In this document: piece by piece, positions 62,821 through 64,000 of the stretch
How positions within the stretch are numbered: position 1 is the first letter of the stretch
Layout: the number at the start of each line of letters is the position of its first letter
Assembly: GCA_024704765.1 (NCBI GenBank)
Contig: JAKMXF010000011.1
Location: forward strand, 947,973 to 1,011,972
Length of the DNA stretch: 64,000 bases
Direction of reading: 5' to 3'
Origin: Oopsacas minuta
Taxonomy: Eukaryota > Animalia > Porifera
Position numbers and translations under genes: made by a program
The notes under the pieces: generated by a model
What the model saw: the letters and a program-made list of their open reading frames with translations, nothing else
What the model was told of the DNA's origin: nothing
Databases searched by the model: none

Positions 62821-63058
62821 TAAAACCAGCATGTCTTATATAATAACATGTTCTTATAACCAGCATGTCTTATACGAAAACATGTTCCTAAAACCAGCAT
62901 GTCATATATACGAAGAAGTTCTTAAAACTAGCAAGTCTTATGTAAGAACATGTTCTTATGAACGGCAATTCTTATATAAGAACAAGTTCATATAGCCAGC
63001 ATGTCTTATATAAGAACATGTTCTTGTAAACAGCAATTCTTAGACTACATCAAGTTCT
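62821..63058. repeat. Minisatellite: 7 x 34-bp units (two 17-bp halves each), consensus TAAAACCAGCATGTCTTATATAAGAACATGTTCT
   Basis: Unit starts at 62821, 62855, 62889, 62923, 62957, 62991, 63025 with no indels. Confidence 0.92.
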
Positions 63059-63289
63059 TATACCAACTATGGACAGTGAAGCAGAGCGATTTGAAGTACT
63101 GAAGGCTGTAATTATGTTGAATCGTAGCTGAGAACGTTTAGCGCCTAGGGACGGATTTGTGGATCAAGGCAGTGAAGTCCCTGATGTATCTGGCATGAGT
63201 AGGCATGGACTAGTTATTAAGTGAAGGGCAGGCAGCTGAAAAAATGGGATTGTAGAAGGATCTGAGGGCTGTGAGTGGATCAGACTATT

Positions 63290-64000
63290 TACAACTGGCT
63301 AGGAAGATGGTAGAGCATGAATTTTGACAGGATTATGTGTCTAGCTTTGCGGCTGGGGGGGAAGCAGTGTATTTGAGTAGACGTTTGTGGATAGCAGTGA
63401 AGGATTTTGATGTGATTGTAGAAGAATCTGGATAGCAGTGAAGGATTGATGCGTTTTGATTCAAAGCTAGGTTATGGAGTGTCTTCTGCGTATTATAGAA
63501 GTAACCAAATGATTCAAATGGATAGCAGTGAAGGATTTTGATTTGATTGTACTATTTTTGGATCTGTATAAAGCTGTGGGTGGATGAGAGTATATAGAAC
63601 TGGCTAAGAAGATGTTAAGATGTTAGACTATGGGCTTTGCCATGATTATCTAGCCTCGGTTTGCTCAAGGGGGGGAAACAGTGTATTTGAGTAGACTTTG
63701 TGGATAGCAGTGAAGGATTTTGATGTGATTGTAGAAGAATCTGGATAGCAGTGAAGGATTGATGCGTTTTGATTCAAAGCTAGGTTATGGAGTGTCTTCT
63801 GCGTATTATAGAAGTAACCAAATGATTCAAATGGATAGCAGTGAAGGATTTTGATTTGATTGTACTATTTTTGGATCTGTATAAAGCTGTGGGTGGATGA
63901 GAGTATATAGAACTGGCTAAGAAGATGTTAAGATGTTAGACTATGGGCTTTGCCATGATTATCTAGCCTCGGTTTGCTCAAGGGGGGGAAACAGTGTATT
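63290..64000. repeat. 313-bp tandem satellite running off the window; internal sub-repeat TGGATAGCAGTGAAGGATT x3 per unit
   Basis: CAGTGTATT anchors at 63365, 63679, 63992; the two full copies are near-identical, with a diverged partial copy to the left. Confidence 0.95.

Noticed and set aside
62821-63058. CRISPR-like array
   Set aside because: Units are contiguous with no unique spacers, there are no cas genes, and the context is eukaryotic.

Overview
AT-rich, very gene-dense eukaryotic nuclear DNA with few and short introns (38-60 bp typical) and intergenic gaps often under 300 bp. A Groucho/TLE with Q domain, a PKD-family kinase, death-fold and SEFIR-like domains and Ig/FN3 receptors indicate an animal. 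The compactness suggests a non-bilaterian such as a glass sponge (inference only, not verified). About 35 protein-coding genes are supported. Housekeeping genes include EIF2B3, MFSD13A, UBE2F, COPS5, a P5B ATPase, SF3A1, eIF1, HSPBP1, ATP5F1A, RagC/D, a Rab, QTRT2, GNL2 and TLE. Main oddities: (1) a SEFIR-PH-PKD kinase in which SEFIR replaces the C1 domains; (2) a CRD-less Frizzled/Smoothened-like receptor whose 1.95 kb intron holds two antisense genes; (3) a signal-peptide GBP/atlastin-like GTPase apparently nested on the same strand in an intron of an 11-exon coiled-coil gene; (4) a DED-(RHIM-like)-death-domain adaptor and a DED-HEAT-CAP-Gly protein; (5) a sirtuin lacking the catalytic His next to an ING lacking the H3K4me3 cage; (6) a minimal MLH3 endonuclease; (7) a perfect heat-shock element between HSPBP1 and ATP5F1A; (8) a 34-bp tandem array of p53-type half-sites; plus two TA-flanked MITEs and a 313-bp satellite at the right edge. 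Splice models and domain calls were made by eye from motifs; no database searches were run.
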